Notes under the pieces: generated by a model | Seen by the model: only the letters and a program-made list of their open reading frames with translations | Told to the model about the DNA's origin: nothing | Database searches by the model: none | Program-made: the position numbers and the translations under genes | Part shown: one piece after another, positions 32,080 through 44,020 of the stretch | Numbering within the stretch: position 1 is the first letter of the stretch | Layout of the letters: each line of letters starts with the position of its first letter | NCBI RefSeq assembly: GCF_009914755.1 | Contig: NC_060929.1 | Direction: 5' to 3' (one strand) | DNA from: the human T2T-CHM13v2.0 reference genome, Homo sapiens | DNA: 64,000 nt

Positions 32080-35000
32080 CTGTGGGACACCACCAAGTAT
32101 ACCAACTTACATACTCTGGGAGTCCCACACAGAGAAGACAAGGATAAAGGGACAAAGAGAATAGTTGATGAAATAATGAATGAAAACCTCCCAAGTTTGG
32201 TGAAATGCATGAATACAAACATCCAAAAAGCCCAGCAAACTCTAAGTAAGAAGAACTCAGGGGTCTACACCACAACACATTTCAATCAAACTTTCAAAAG
32301 CAAAGGCAAAGAGAAAAACTTGAAAGCAGCAAAAGAGATGTGACTTGTCACATAGAAGGAATCCTCTATAAGATTATCATCAGATTTCTCATCAGAAACA
32401 TTGGAATCCAGAAGACAGTGGATACATACATTCAAAATGCTAAATTAAAACAACAACAACAACAACAAAAATTGTCAAACCAAAATCCTGTATTTGACAA
32501 AACTGTTCTTCAAAAGTGAAGGAGAAATTAAGACATTCCCAGATTAACAAAAGTTGAGAAAGTTTGTTCCCACTAAATTTGCCACACAAGAAATGCTTGG
32601 GAGTCCAGGAAGGTGAAATAAAATGACACCAGAGAGTAAAGCTATATAAAGAAATAAAGATCTCAATAAAGGTAAATACATGGGCAATTATAAAAGCTAG
32701 CATTACTGTAACAATGGTTTGTCACTGTACTTTTTGTTCTCTACATTATTTAAGATACTAAAACACTTTGAAAAATAACAATCTAAAAGCTAATATTATT
32801 GTAACATTGGTTTGTAACCCCACATTTTTCTATTTATTTAAAACACTAATGCATTTAAAAAAAATTATTAGTTTATATTTTGGGGCATACTATGTAAAAA
32901 CATGTAATTTTGTGACTTTAGCAAGCTAAAGCGATGAGGATGAACCTGTTAAAGGAGCAGTTTTGTATGTTATTGGAATGAAGCTGGTATAAATTGAAGT
33001 TAGACTGTTATAACTTTAGAATGTTAAATGTAATCTCCATGGTAACCACAAAGAATATGCCTATAGGATATATAAAAAAGAAATGAGAAATGTTTTTCTA
33101 CAAAAAAATCAACTAAACACAGAAGAAAATAGTAATTCAGGAAATGAGGAACAAAATAGCTATTAGACATTTAGAAAACAAATAGAAAAATGACAGAAGT
33201 AAAACCTTTTTTTAGTAATTACTTTAAATGTAAGTGAATTAAACTCTCCAGTCAAAAGACAGAGATTTGCAGGATAAATTTAAGAATATAATCTAACTGT
33301 ATGTTGTCTACAAGAGATTTACTTTAGATCCAAAGACACAAATAGATTTAAAGTGAAAGGATGGAAACAGATATTCTATGGAAATAGTAACCAGAAAAGA
33401 TCAGAGTTAGTGATACTAATATCAGACAAAATAGTCTTCCATTTTTCAAAATTTACAAAAAATGAAGAAGGGCATTATGCATTAATAAAAAGTTCAGTAC
33501 AGCAAGAATATATAATTATAAACATTTATGCACCTAATGACAAACCATTAAAATATATACATGTGCAACAAAAACTGACAGAACCAATGGGAGAAATAGA
33601 CTGTTCTACAATAATAGTTGGAGATTTCAGTACCCCATTCTCAATAATGGCTAAAACAACCAGACAAAAGATAAATAAGAAAGTAGAGTACTTAAACAAC
33701 AGAATAAACCAACTAGATCTAATAGACACACATTGAACACCGTACCCAGCAATAACAGCATACACATCTTCTCAAGTGCACATGGGACATTTTCCAGGAT
33801 AGACTATATGTTATCTATATATATTTCAGTATATATATATATACTGAAACATAGATTATGTTTCAGTAGATTTTCAAAGACAGATATCATAAAAAGCATC
33901 TTCTCCAATCACAATGAAACAAAATTAGAAATCAATAACGTAAGTAAAAATGGAAAATTTACAATATTGTAAAAATTAAACAACACACTCTTAAACAACC
34001 AACAGATCAAAGAAGAAAGCACAACAGAAATTAGAAAATACTTACAGATGAATGAAAATGAAAGCCCAACATACCAAAATATGGGATGCTGTGAAAACAG
34101 TGCTAAATAATTTTAGGGGAAATTTATAGCTATAAACACTTAAAAACAAGAAGGATCTCAAATCAACTACCTAAAGTTACAGCTTAAAAAAAATAGAAAA
34201 AGAAACTATCAAAACCCAAAGTTGGCAGGAAAAAAAAGAAAAACGATGGTACAGAAATAAACAAAATAGAGAAATACAATACAGGAAATCAATAAAACCA
34301 AAAGTTGGTTTGTTTTAAAATATCAACAAAATTGACAAAACTTAAATAGATAGGCTAAGAAAAAAAACCACAGACTTAAATTACTAAAGTCAGAAATGAA
34401 AGCAGGAATACTACTGATTCTATAGAAATAAAAAGGATTGTGGGAAAGTACTATAAATAATTGCACACTAACAACTTAGATAACCTAGATTAAATGGGGA
34501 AATTGCTAGAAACACAAACTCTACCAAGACACAATAATGAAAAAAATATAAAATCTGAATAGACCTGTAACTAGAAGGATATTGAGTCAGTAATTTAAAA
34601 TCTTCCAACAAAGTAAAGCCCAGGACCTGACGGGTCCTGGGTAAATTCCAACGAACATTTAAAAAAGAACTAACACAAATCATTTTCGAATTTTTCAAAA
34701 AGAAGCATTGAAAAGATGAGAACACTTTCTTACTCACCTTATGAGGCCAGCATTACCTTGATACCAAAGCCAAAGGAAGACACTACAAGAAAAGAAAATA
34801 GCAAATCAATATCTCTTATGAACATTCATGCAAAAATGCTTAATAAAATACTAGCAAACTGAATTCAGAAGCATACTATAAGAGTTATATAGCATGACCA
34901 AATGGGATTTATTCCTGAAATACAAGGATAATTCAACATACAAAAATCAACATAACACATCACATTAACAGAATGAAGGGGGAAAAAAAACACATAATCA

Positions 35001-35706
35001 TCTTAAACAATGCAGAAAAAGGATTTCACAAAATTCAACACTGTTTCCTAATAAAAACATTCAACAAACTAGGTATAGAAGGAAACGACCTCAACATAAT
35101 AAAAGCCATATATGAAAAACCCACAGTGAACATCATACCCAATGGTGAAAGACTGAAAGAATATCTTTGACAAGAAAAAATAAACAGATAGAATAGAAAT
35201 GGAAAAGGAAGAACTAAAATTATCTGTTTGCAGATGATATGATCATCTATGTAGAATACCCTGAAGATTCCACATAAAAATGTTAGACCTAATAAGTGAA
35301 TTAGGCAATTTAACAAGATACAAAGCCAGCACAAAATAATCAGTTACATTTCTATACACTAACAATAAACAATAAGAAATGGAAATGATGAAAACAATTT
35401 TATTTACAGTATCATCAAAAATAATAAAATACTTAGCAATTAATTTAATCAAGGAGTTGAAAGACTTATACAACAAAACAACTATAAAACAATGCTAAAA
35501 GAAATTAAGGAAGACAATAAATGGAAACATATCCCATGTTCATAGATTAAAAGACATGCAATGGATCAAAGAAATAAGTGTAAGTTCTAAAACTAAAATT
35601 CTTAGAAGAAATCATAGAGGAAAAAGCCTAACAACATTTTTTTTCACAATGACTTCATTGGCTATCACACCAAAGGCACAGACAGCAAAAGAAAACCATG
35701 GACTTC

Positions 35707-37196
35707 TTTTTTCTGTTGTTTTAACTTTCTTTATTTCCGTAGGTTATTGGGGAGCAGTTGGTATTTGGTTACATGAGTAAGTTCTTTCGCAGTGATTTGT
35801 GAGATTTTGGTGCACCCATCACCTGAGCAGTATACACTGCATCCAATTTGTAGTCTTTTATCCCTCACCCCCTTCCCACCCTTTCCTACTGAGTTCCCAA
35901 AGTCCACTGTGTCATTCTTATGCCTTTGTATCCTCATAGCTTACATCCTGAGTTACTTCACTTAGAATAATCATCTCCAATCTCATCCAGGTGGCTGTGA
36001 ATGCCATTAATTCATTCCTTTTTAATGGCTGGCTGAGTAGTGCTCTGTTGTATATCTATGCTACTGTTTCTTTATCCACTTAATGATTGATGGGCATTTG
36101 GGTTGCTTCCACATTTTTGCAATTGCAAATTGTGCTGCTATAAACATGTGTGTGCAAGTATCTTTTTCGTAAAATAACTTCTTTTCCTCTGGGTAGATAC
36201 CCAGTAGTGAGATTGCTGGATCAAATGGTAGTTATACTTTTAGTTCTTTAAGGAATCGCCACACTGTTTTCCATAGTGGTTGTACTAGTTTACATTCCCA
36301 CCAGCAGTGTAGAAGTTTTCCTTGTTCACCACATCCATGCCAACATCTACTATTTTTTTATTTTTTGATTATGGCCATTCTTGCATGGGTAAGGTGGTAT
36401 GGCATTGTGGTTTTGATTTGCATTTCCCTGATCATTAGTGATGTTGAGTATTTTTTCATATGTTTGCTGGCCATTTGTATATCTTCTTTTGTGAATTATC
36501 TATTCATGTCCTTAGCCCACTTTTTGATGGGATTGTTTTTTCTTGTTGATTTGAGTTCATTGTAGATTCTGTATATTAGTCCTTTGTCAGATGTACAAAT
36601 TGTGAAGATTTTTTCCACTCTGTGGGTTGCCTGTTTACTCTTCTGACTGTTCCTTTTGCCATGCAAAAGCTCTTCAGTTTAATTAAGTCCCAGACATTTA
36701 TCTTTGCTTTTATTGCATTTGCTTTTGGGTTCTTGGTCATGAAATCCTTGCCTAAGTCAAAGTCCAAAAGGGTTTTTTTCAAGGTTATCTTCTTGAATTT
36801 TTAGAGTTTCAGATCTTAGATTTAAGTCCTTAATCCATCTTGAGTTGATTTTTGTACAAGGTGAGTGATGAGGATCCAGTTTCATTCTCCTACATGTGGC
36901 TAGCCAATTATCCCAGCATCATTTGTTGAAAAGGGTGTCCTTTCCCCACTTTATGTTTTTGTTTGCTTTGTCAAAGATCAGTTGGCTATAAGTATCTGGG
37001 TTTATTTCTGAGTTTTCTATTCTGTTCCACTGGTCTATGTGCCTATTTTTATACCAATACCATGCTGTTTTGGTGACTATGGGCTTATAGTATAGTTTGA
37101 AATCAGGTAATGTGATGCCTCCAGATTTGTTCTTTTTGATTAGTCTTGCTTTGGCTATGTGGGCTCTTTTTTGGTTCCACATGAATTTTAGAATTG
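35707..37196 (-). mobile_element. L1PB1-like 5'-truncated element
   Basis: Antisense L1PB 3'UTR (ggtatttggttacatgagtaagttc) and ORF2 peptide [16 protein letters not shown]. Perfect 17-bp TSD agaaaaccatggacttc at 35690-35706 and 37197-37213. Confidence 0.93.
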
Positions 37197-37697
37197 AGAA
37201 AACCATGGACTTCCTAAAAAAAGTTTAAATATGCTTCAAAAGATACTACTAACAGAGTAAAAAAAGGCAGTCCAAAGAATGGGAGAAAATATTTGCAAAG
37301 AATGTATCTAATAAAAAAAATTAATAGCCAGAATACACAGAGAATGCCTAAAATTCAACAACAACAAAACAACCTAATTCAAAAATGGACAAAGGACTTG
37401 AATAGACATTTCTCCACAGGTGATACACAGATTACCAAGAGGCAGAGGAAAAGATTCTCAACCTCACTAGTTATTAGGAAAATGCAAATCAAGGCTACCA
37501 TGAGATATCACCCATTAGAAAAAGGTTAATATTTAAAAATCAGAAAATAAGTGTGAGCAAGGATGTGGAGAAATGGAACCCTTGTGTACAGTTGGTGAGA
37601 ATATAAGTGGTACAGTCACTGTGGAAAACAGTATGATAATCCTGCAAAAAGTTAAAAATAGAATTTAAATATCATCCAGCAAGTCCACTTCTGGGTA

Positions 37698-38804
37698 CAG
37701 GCATACATCAGAGATACTGTGGATTTGGTTCCAGATCACTACAATAAAATGAATATCACAATAAAGCAAGTCATACAATTTTTTCATTTCCCATTGCATA
37801 TAAAAGTTATGTTTATACTATACTATAGTCTATTAAGCATGCAATACTATCATGTCTTAAAAAAACAATGTACATACCTTAGTTAAAAAAATACTTTATT
37901 CTTAAAATATTCTAACAATCTTCTGAGCCTTGAGCAAGTTGTCATCTTTTTGCTGGTGGAGGGTCTTGCCTTGATGGTGATGGCTGCTGACTGATCAGGG
38001 TGGTGATTGCTGAAGGTTGGGGAGGCTGTGGCAATTTTTTACAGCAATACAACAATAAAGTTTGCACATTAATTGACTCTTTCATGAAAGATTTCTCTGT
38101 AGCATGCAATGCTGTTTGATAGCATTTAACCTACAGTAGAACTTCTTTCAAAATTGAAGTCAATCTTCTCAAACCCTCTTACTACTTTATCAATTAAGTG
38201 TATGAATACTCTAAATCCTCTGTTGTCATTTCAACATTGTTCCCAGCATCTTAACCATGAATAAATTCCATCTCAAGAAACGACTTTCTTTGTTCATCGA
38301 TAAGAAGCAACTTCTCATCCATTCAATCCTTATCATGAGATTGCAGCAACTCAGTCACATCTTTAGGCTCCACTTCTAATTCTACTTCTCTTAGTATTTC
38401 CACCACATCTGTAGTTAATTCCCCACTGAATTTTGAACCCCTCAAAGTCATCTACAAGGGTTAAAATCAACTTCTTCCAAACTCCTGCTAATGTTGATAT
38501 TTTGGCCTCCTCCCATGAATCATAAATGTTCTTAATGGCACCTAAAATGACAAATTTCTTCCAGAAGGTTTTCAATTTCTTTGCCCAGACCTATGAGGGG
38601 AATCATTATCTATGACAACTATAGCCTTATAAAATGTATTTCTTCAATAATAAGACTTGAAAGTCAAAATTACTCCTTGATACACATGGATATTGTGCTA
38701 GCAGGCAGGAAAACATTAATCTCTTTGTACATCTTCATCAGAGCCCTGGGGTGACTAGGTGCATTGTCAATCAATGGGCAGTAACATTTTGAAAGGAACA
38801 GTGT

Positions 38805-38837
<33 letters not shown>

Positions 38838-40108
38838 TTCCTGAGCAGTAGGTCTCAACAGCAGACTTAAAATATTCAGTAAATCATGCTGTAAACAGAT
38901 GTGTTTTCAACCAAGCTTTGTTGTTCCATTTACAGAGCACAGGCAGAGTAGACTTAGCATCATTCTTAAGGCCCTTAAAATTTTGAAATGGTAAATGAGC
39001 ACCGACTTCAACTTAAAGTCACTCACTGCATTAGCCTCTAACAAGAGAATCAGGCTATCTTTTGAAGCTTTGAAGCTAGCCATTGACTTCTCCTCTTTAG
39101 CTATGAAAGTCCTAGATGACATCTTCTTCTAATAGAAGACCATTAAAAATATATTGTTTAGTGTAGACACTATCATAAATGATCTTGGCTAGATCTGGAT
39201 AACTTGCTGCAGCTTCTACAACAGCACTTGCTGCTTCACCTTGCACTTTTATGTTACAGAAATGGCTACTTTCTTAAATCTCATGAACCAATGTCTGCTC
39301 ACTTCCAGCTTTCCTTTGGCAGCTTCCTCACCTCTCTCAGCCTTCAAAGAATTGAAGAGTTAGGGTCTTGTTCTGGATTAGGCTTTGGCTTAACGGAATG
39401 TTGCGGCTGCTTTGATCTTCTATCCAGACAACTCAGACTTTCCCCATATCAACAATAAAGCTGTTTCACCTTCTTATCATTTGTGTATTGACTAGAGGAG
39501 CACTTTGAATTTTCTTCAAGAACTTTTCTTTGCATTCACCACCTGGCTAATAGCTTTTTGAAACAAGAGTCCTAGTTTTTGGGCTATGATGGCTTTTGAC
39601 ATGTCTTACAAACTAAGCTTAGTCTTTTCTAGCTTTTGCTTTAAAGTGACAGATATGTGACCCTTCCTTTCACTTGAACATGTAGGCCATTGTAGGGTTA
39701 TTAATTGGCCTAATTTTAATATTGTTGTGTCTCAGAGAATAGGAAAGCCCAAAGAGAGAGAGAAAAATTGTGGAATGACCAGTCCATGGAGCAGTCAGAA
39801 CACATATACTTATTTATTAAGTTCACCATCTTATATAGGTGTGAATTGTGCCACCCCCAAGCAATTACAATAACATCAAAGATCACTGATCAAAAATCAC
39901 CATAACAGATATAATAATAATTTAAAAGTCTAAAATATTATGAGTACTGCCAAAATGTGACACAGAGACATGAATGAGCACATGCTATTTGAAAAAAATG
40001 GTGGCAATAGACTTGTTCCATGCAGGATTACCATAAAACTTCAATTTGTGAAACCACATTATCTGTGAAGCACAATAAAGTGAAGCATGACAAAATGAGG
40101 TATGCCTG
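37698..40108 (-). mobile_element. Full-length Tigger1 (pogo/TcMar) DNA transposon
   Basis: Terminal inverted repeats caggcatac...gtatgcctg with TA TSD on both sides, 2411 bp. Minus-strand transposase relics such as [22 protein letters not shown] and KTFWKKFVILGAIKNIYDSWEE. Confidence 0.95.
37920..39690 (-). pseudogene. Tigger1 transposase relic (TIGD1-like), disrupted
   Basis: ATG at 39690, frameshifted early. DDE-domain fragments lie in ORFs 38907-39122, 38670-38858 (LIDNAPSHPRALM) and 38363-38575. The 3' boundary is approximate. Confidence 0.8.
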
Positions 40109-40288
40109 TATATAACCAAAATAATTGAGAGTATGGCCTTGAAGAGATACACCCATGTTCACAGAAGCATTATTTTTAATAGTTAAAAATGGAAGCAACC
40201 AAGTGTTCATTGATCAATGAATGGATGAGCAAGATGTGGTATATACATACAATGGAATCTTATGCAGCTTTAAAAAGAAGGAAAATCA

Positions 40289-40632
<344 letters not shown>

Positions 40633-41204
40633 TTACAACATGAATGAAACCTGAGGACATAATGCTAAATAAAATAAGCCAGCCACAGAGAAATAAATAC
40701 TATGTGACTCCACTTATATGGAGTATCTAAAGTAGTCAAACTTTTACAAACAGAAAGCAGAATGGTGGTTGCCAGGGATTGTGGGGGTAAGGAAATGAGA
40801 AGTTATTCTTTAATGGATATAAACTTTCAGTTTTACAAGATGAAGTGTTATGGAGTTGAATGGTAGTAATGGTTGTACATTAACAATGCAGTGAATACGA
40901 CTGAATCATACAATTAAAAACAAATAAGATGGTTAATTTTATATAATGTATTTTTACTCTAATAAAAAAATTTGAAAAGAAAATGGAAGGAAAAATCAAG
41001 TACTAATAACCAAAAGTTGACTAATGGGGAATGGCTAAATAAAAATAGGGCCCATCCATGAAATGGAAAACTATCTAGCAATTTAGAAGCATAAATTAAT
41101 CTAGAATGCATTAGTATTAAAAAAATCTCTGAAACACATTATTGCTTGTACAGAGTATATATATATCAGAGAGTATATCGAGACAATATATATACAGAGA
41201 GCAT

Positions 41205-41425
41205 AATAGGGCATACTGGTTAGAAGTGTAAACCTGCATGTGAACCCTGGCTCTGCCACTTACTGACAGTGCAATCCCAGGAAAGTTACTTACCCTCCCT
41301 GGGTTTTTCATTTTCTCATTAGCAAAATGGGGATACAGAGAGCCTTATAGTGTTGTTGTCAGGATTAATTAGAACAGTACCTGTTGCATAGTAAGTACCC
41401 TAAAAATATTAGATATCATTATTAT
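41205..41425 (+). mobile_element. MIR SINE
   Basis: tgaaccctggctctgccacttactgac...aaaatggggata...gttgttgtcaggattaa. Confidence 0.8.
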
Positions 41426-44001
41426 TGTTTTAAAAATTCACAAATACCTTCTTTGTGCATGTACACATCATACATGTACACACACATATACATTAAGAGA
41501 AAGTGGTCCTGAAAGACACATACCAGTGTTGAAATAAGAATTATGAGTACAGAGAGAATTCACCTAGAGATGAGCCAGGGAGATATTTGCTTTGATCAAT
41601 AACCGTATAAGAAAACTTTTTTGTTTCATTATGAAGTTAAATATCAAAACATATCGATTGTTTAAAAACTATACAACAAGGAGGAAGAAAGGAAGAAAGA
41701 TGAGAAAGAGAGAATCCTGAGCAGAAGGCAGCCTGTTGAATATATAGGATCTATGGCCAAAAACCTTAAGTGCTATTATCTGGACTCAATAAGACATTGA
41801 ATAGTGTTACTCCTAGAGTAATGGAATTAATGATTTCTGAGTAATTAAAGAATTGATAATTAATGAATGAAAAACAAGAATATGCCCTAGAAATATTTCA
41901 ATAATCACCTGAAAACTTCCATAAATTGTTTAGATAGAAGTTCTTATTCATATATGTATATATGACTATATATACACAAGAATGTATACATATCTACATA
42001 TATATGACATTTAGGTTTTATATAACATCCTACCATTCTGTGCCCTTGTTCTAATAGGATTTTTTGTTTGTTTTGTTTTGCTTACTTTCCTTTTCTTCTT
42101 GTAGAATGCTTTGAGCTTTGAAAAGCTCTGTATAAATATCAAACATTAAACACTAATTACAAGCTTATAAACTTAGTTTCTGTTGAAAGAGTGTTAGTAA
42201 CTCTGTGCTGTCAACTCAGAGCTTGACAACAAAATGCCTCAATGAAATAAGCCCAGCCTTTGTAAAGAAAAGCAGCTTTTAGTGCCAAGAAGTTAGCACC
42301 AACTGCCATCTCAGCCTCCAGGGGGGCTCAGACAAATTGCATAATAAGAACAGATAAATGGAATCTCGAAAACCCGGACTTAGGAAAATGTCTTTTTGAG
42401 AGTTGAAAGCAGAGTCAGCAATGGAGCCCTTTAACTTAATCCTGGTCAGAGGCGAGCAGAGGAAGCTATACTGGAAGAAATCACTAAGTTGACTTCTTAC
42501 CCTGCATTCCCTCATGCCCCAGCACCTGGACTGCCCTCAGTTACTCGCTCTGTCCAGTGCTTGCCTCCTGGCTTAGCTCTACCCTTCCCAAAGCACCTCT
42601 CATCCTCTTGACCACTGTCAGGGAAATAAAACAATCCTGTCAACCAAAGACCTCTCCATACCAATAGGCAAGACAGAAAACACAATTGATTCATGAGTAG
42701 GCATTACAGACTTACATGCATGAGAATGTGGACAAAGTCTGGGTAGAATTTAGCACAAGTTTATACGGGAAAGTAGAAGAGCAAGTAATTTAAATGTCCT
42801 TTTCTGAGATTACCTCCTGTATGTCTATGAGAAACTTATAAATTAATCTTGGAGTTTTTTGTTGTGCTGTTGTTGTTTACAATTCTAAGCATCAGAATGC
42901 CCATAAACTTGCATTATAAAATCAGAGGCCTGAGCCCATATAAAAATAGGGCTGATTATATTTTTAGGAACCATCCTACAGAGGAGAGGATGGGGAGAGG
43001 CAGCTGCATCCTCCTCTTTACTAAACCAATATAGCTTGATCAATTTACCTTACAACTTGAACACTAACGTTACAACACAAAGGGGAAAAATCTTGATTCA
43101 TGTATCAAAACCTTGGATAATTCACTATTTGAGCCCTCTCTTGTCAGATGCAATTTCACAGCTTTGTCTGTAACATAAAACAAAATCTTGCCTTTTGGGC
43201 TGATGAAATGAGAATTGTCTCTTTTCCTTCTCTGGATTTGACTGACGTGGCCAAAGAAATGAAGTTTCTGTCAGGCTACCTTGAAGAGTGGGTCAGTCGT
43301 CTGTCTTCAAGGTCAAACCTGTGGCTTCAGAGCGGCTTCCCAAAGCCCTGTCTGCCTGCTGCATTCTGGGCTTTGCAGGGGTGGCAGGATTGCGGCAGGC
43401 CGAGGCTCCTCAGCCAGGAGCAGTTTGGAAAGACGTTTCGGCTCTCATCTCCTCCTTCCACCACCAATCCTCCTCACTCACCCGCCACCAGCAAGCACTC
43501 CTTCACTCCTGTCACTATTTCCACTTCCTACCCTTATGAAGAGGAAGCAGAAGTTCCAGGTTTTAAATGAAACACTCTTAAGAACAATCCTTAAGAAAGC
43601 AGCTGATTCTTAGAGAAAGTGCTAATAACACAGTCAATTTAACCCTAGCATTTGTAGCCAATTTTTTCAAATTCCCATTTAGTAGGCAACAAAGCTTTGC
43701 AGCTGAGCTCTGAGGCCTCGAGAGAAAGCAGGTCCCAAATAGTGAAGGTTTAGAATGAGGCTCCAAAGCCATGCCCCCCGTACTTTGTCCGCCACATCCT
43801 CCCCGCCAACAGATGAAATATCCCTTTGGTCTGTTCTGTTGACAGCTGCATTTTAAAAAATCTGATTTTTCCCAATCCGGACAGCATTATCCTTTACGAT
43901 TCAGCACAGACCCCTGACAACTGGACTTGTGACAAGCAGATTACAAAGCTGGTTTATCCAGGCATTGTGTTTCTGCGGCTCTTTCTGAAGCCACAGCCTC
44001 C

Positions 44002-44020
44002 GCGGCAGCAGGGAGCACTA
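44002..44020 (+). promoter_or_regulatory. Candidate CTCF-binding motif
   Basis: gcggcagcagggagcacta versus the consensus TGGCCACCAGGGGGCGCTA, in a locally CpG-containing unique region. Motif match only. Confidence 0.4.

Noticed and set aside
43148-43613. Overlapping 140, 110 and 83 aa ORFs
   Set aside because: No recognisable domain. Three open frames in a moderately GC-rich stretch are consistent with chance, and the region is better explained as regulatory.
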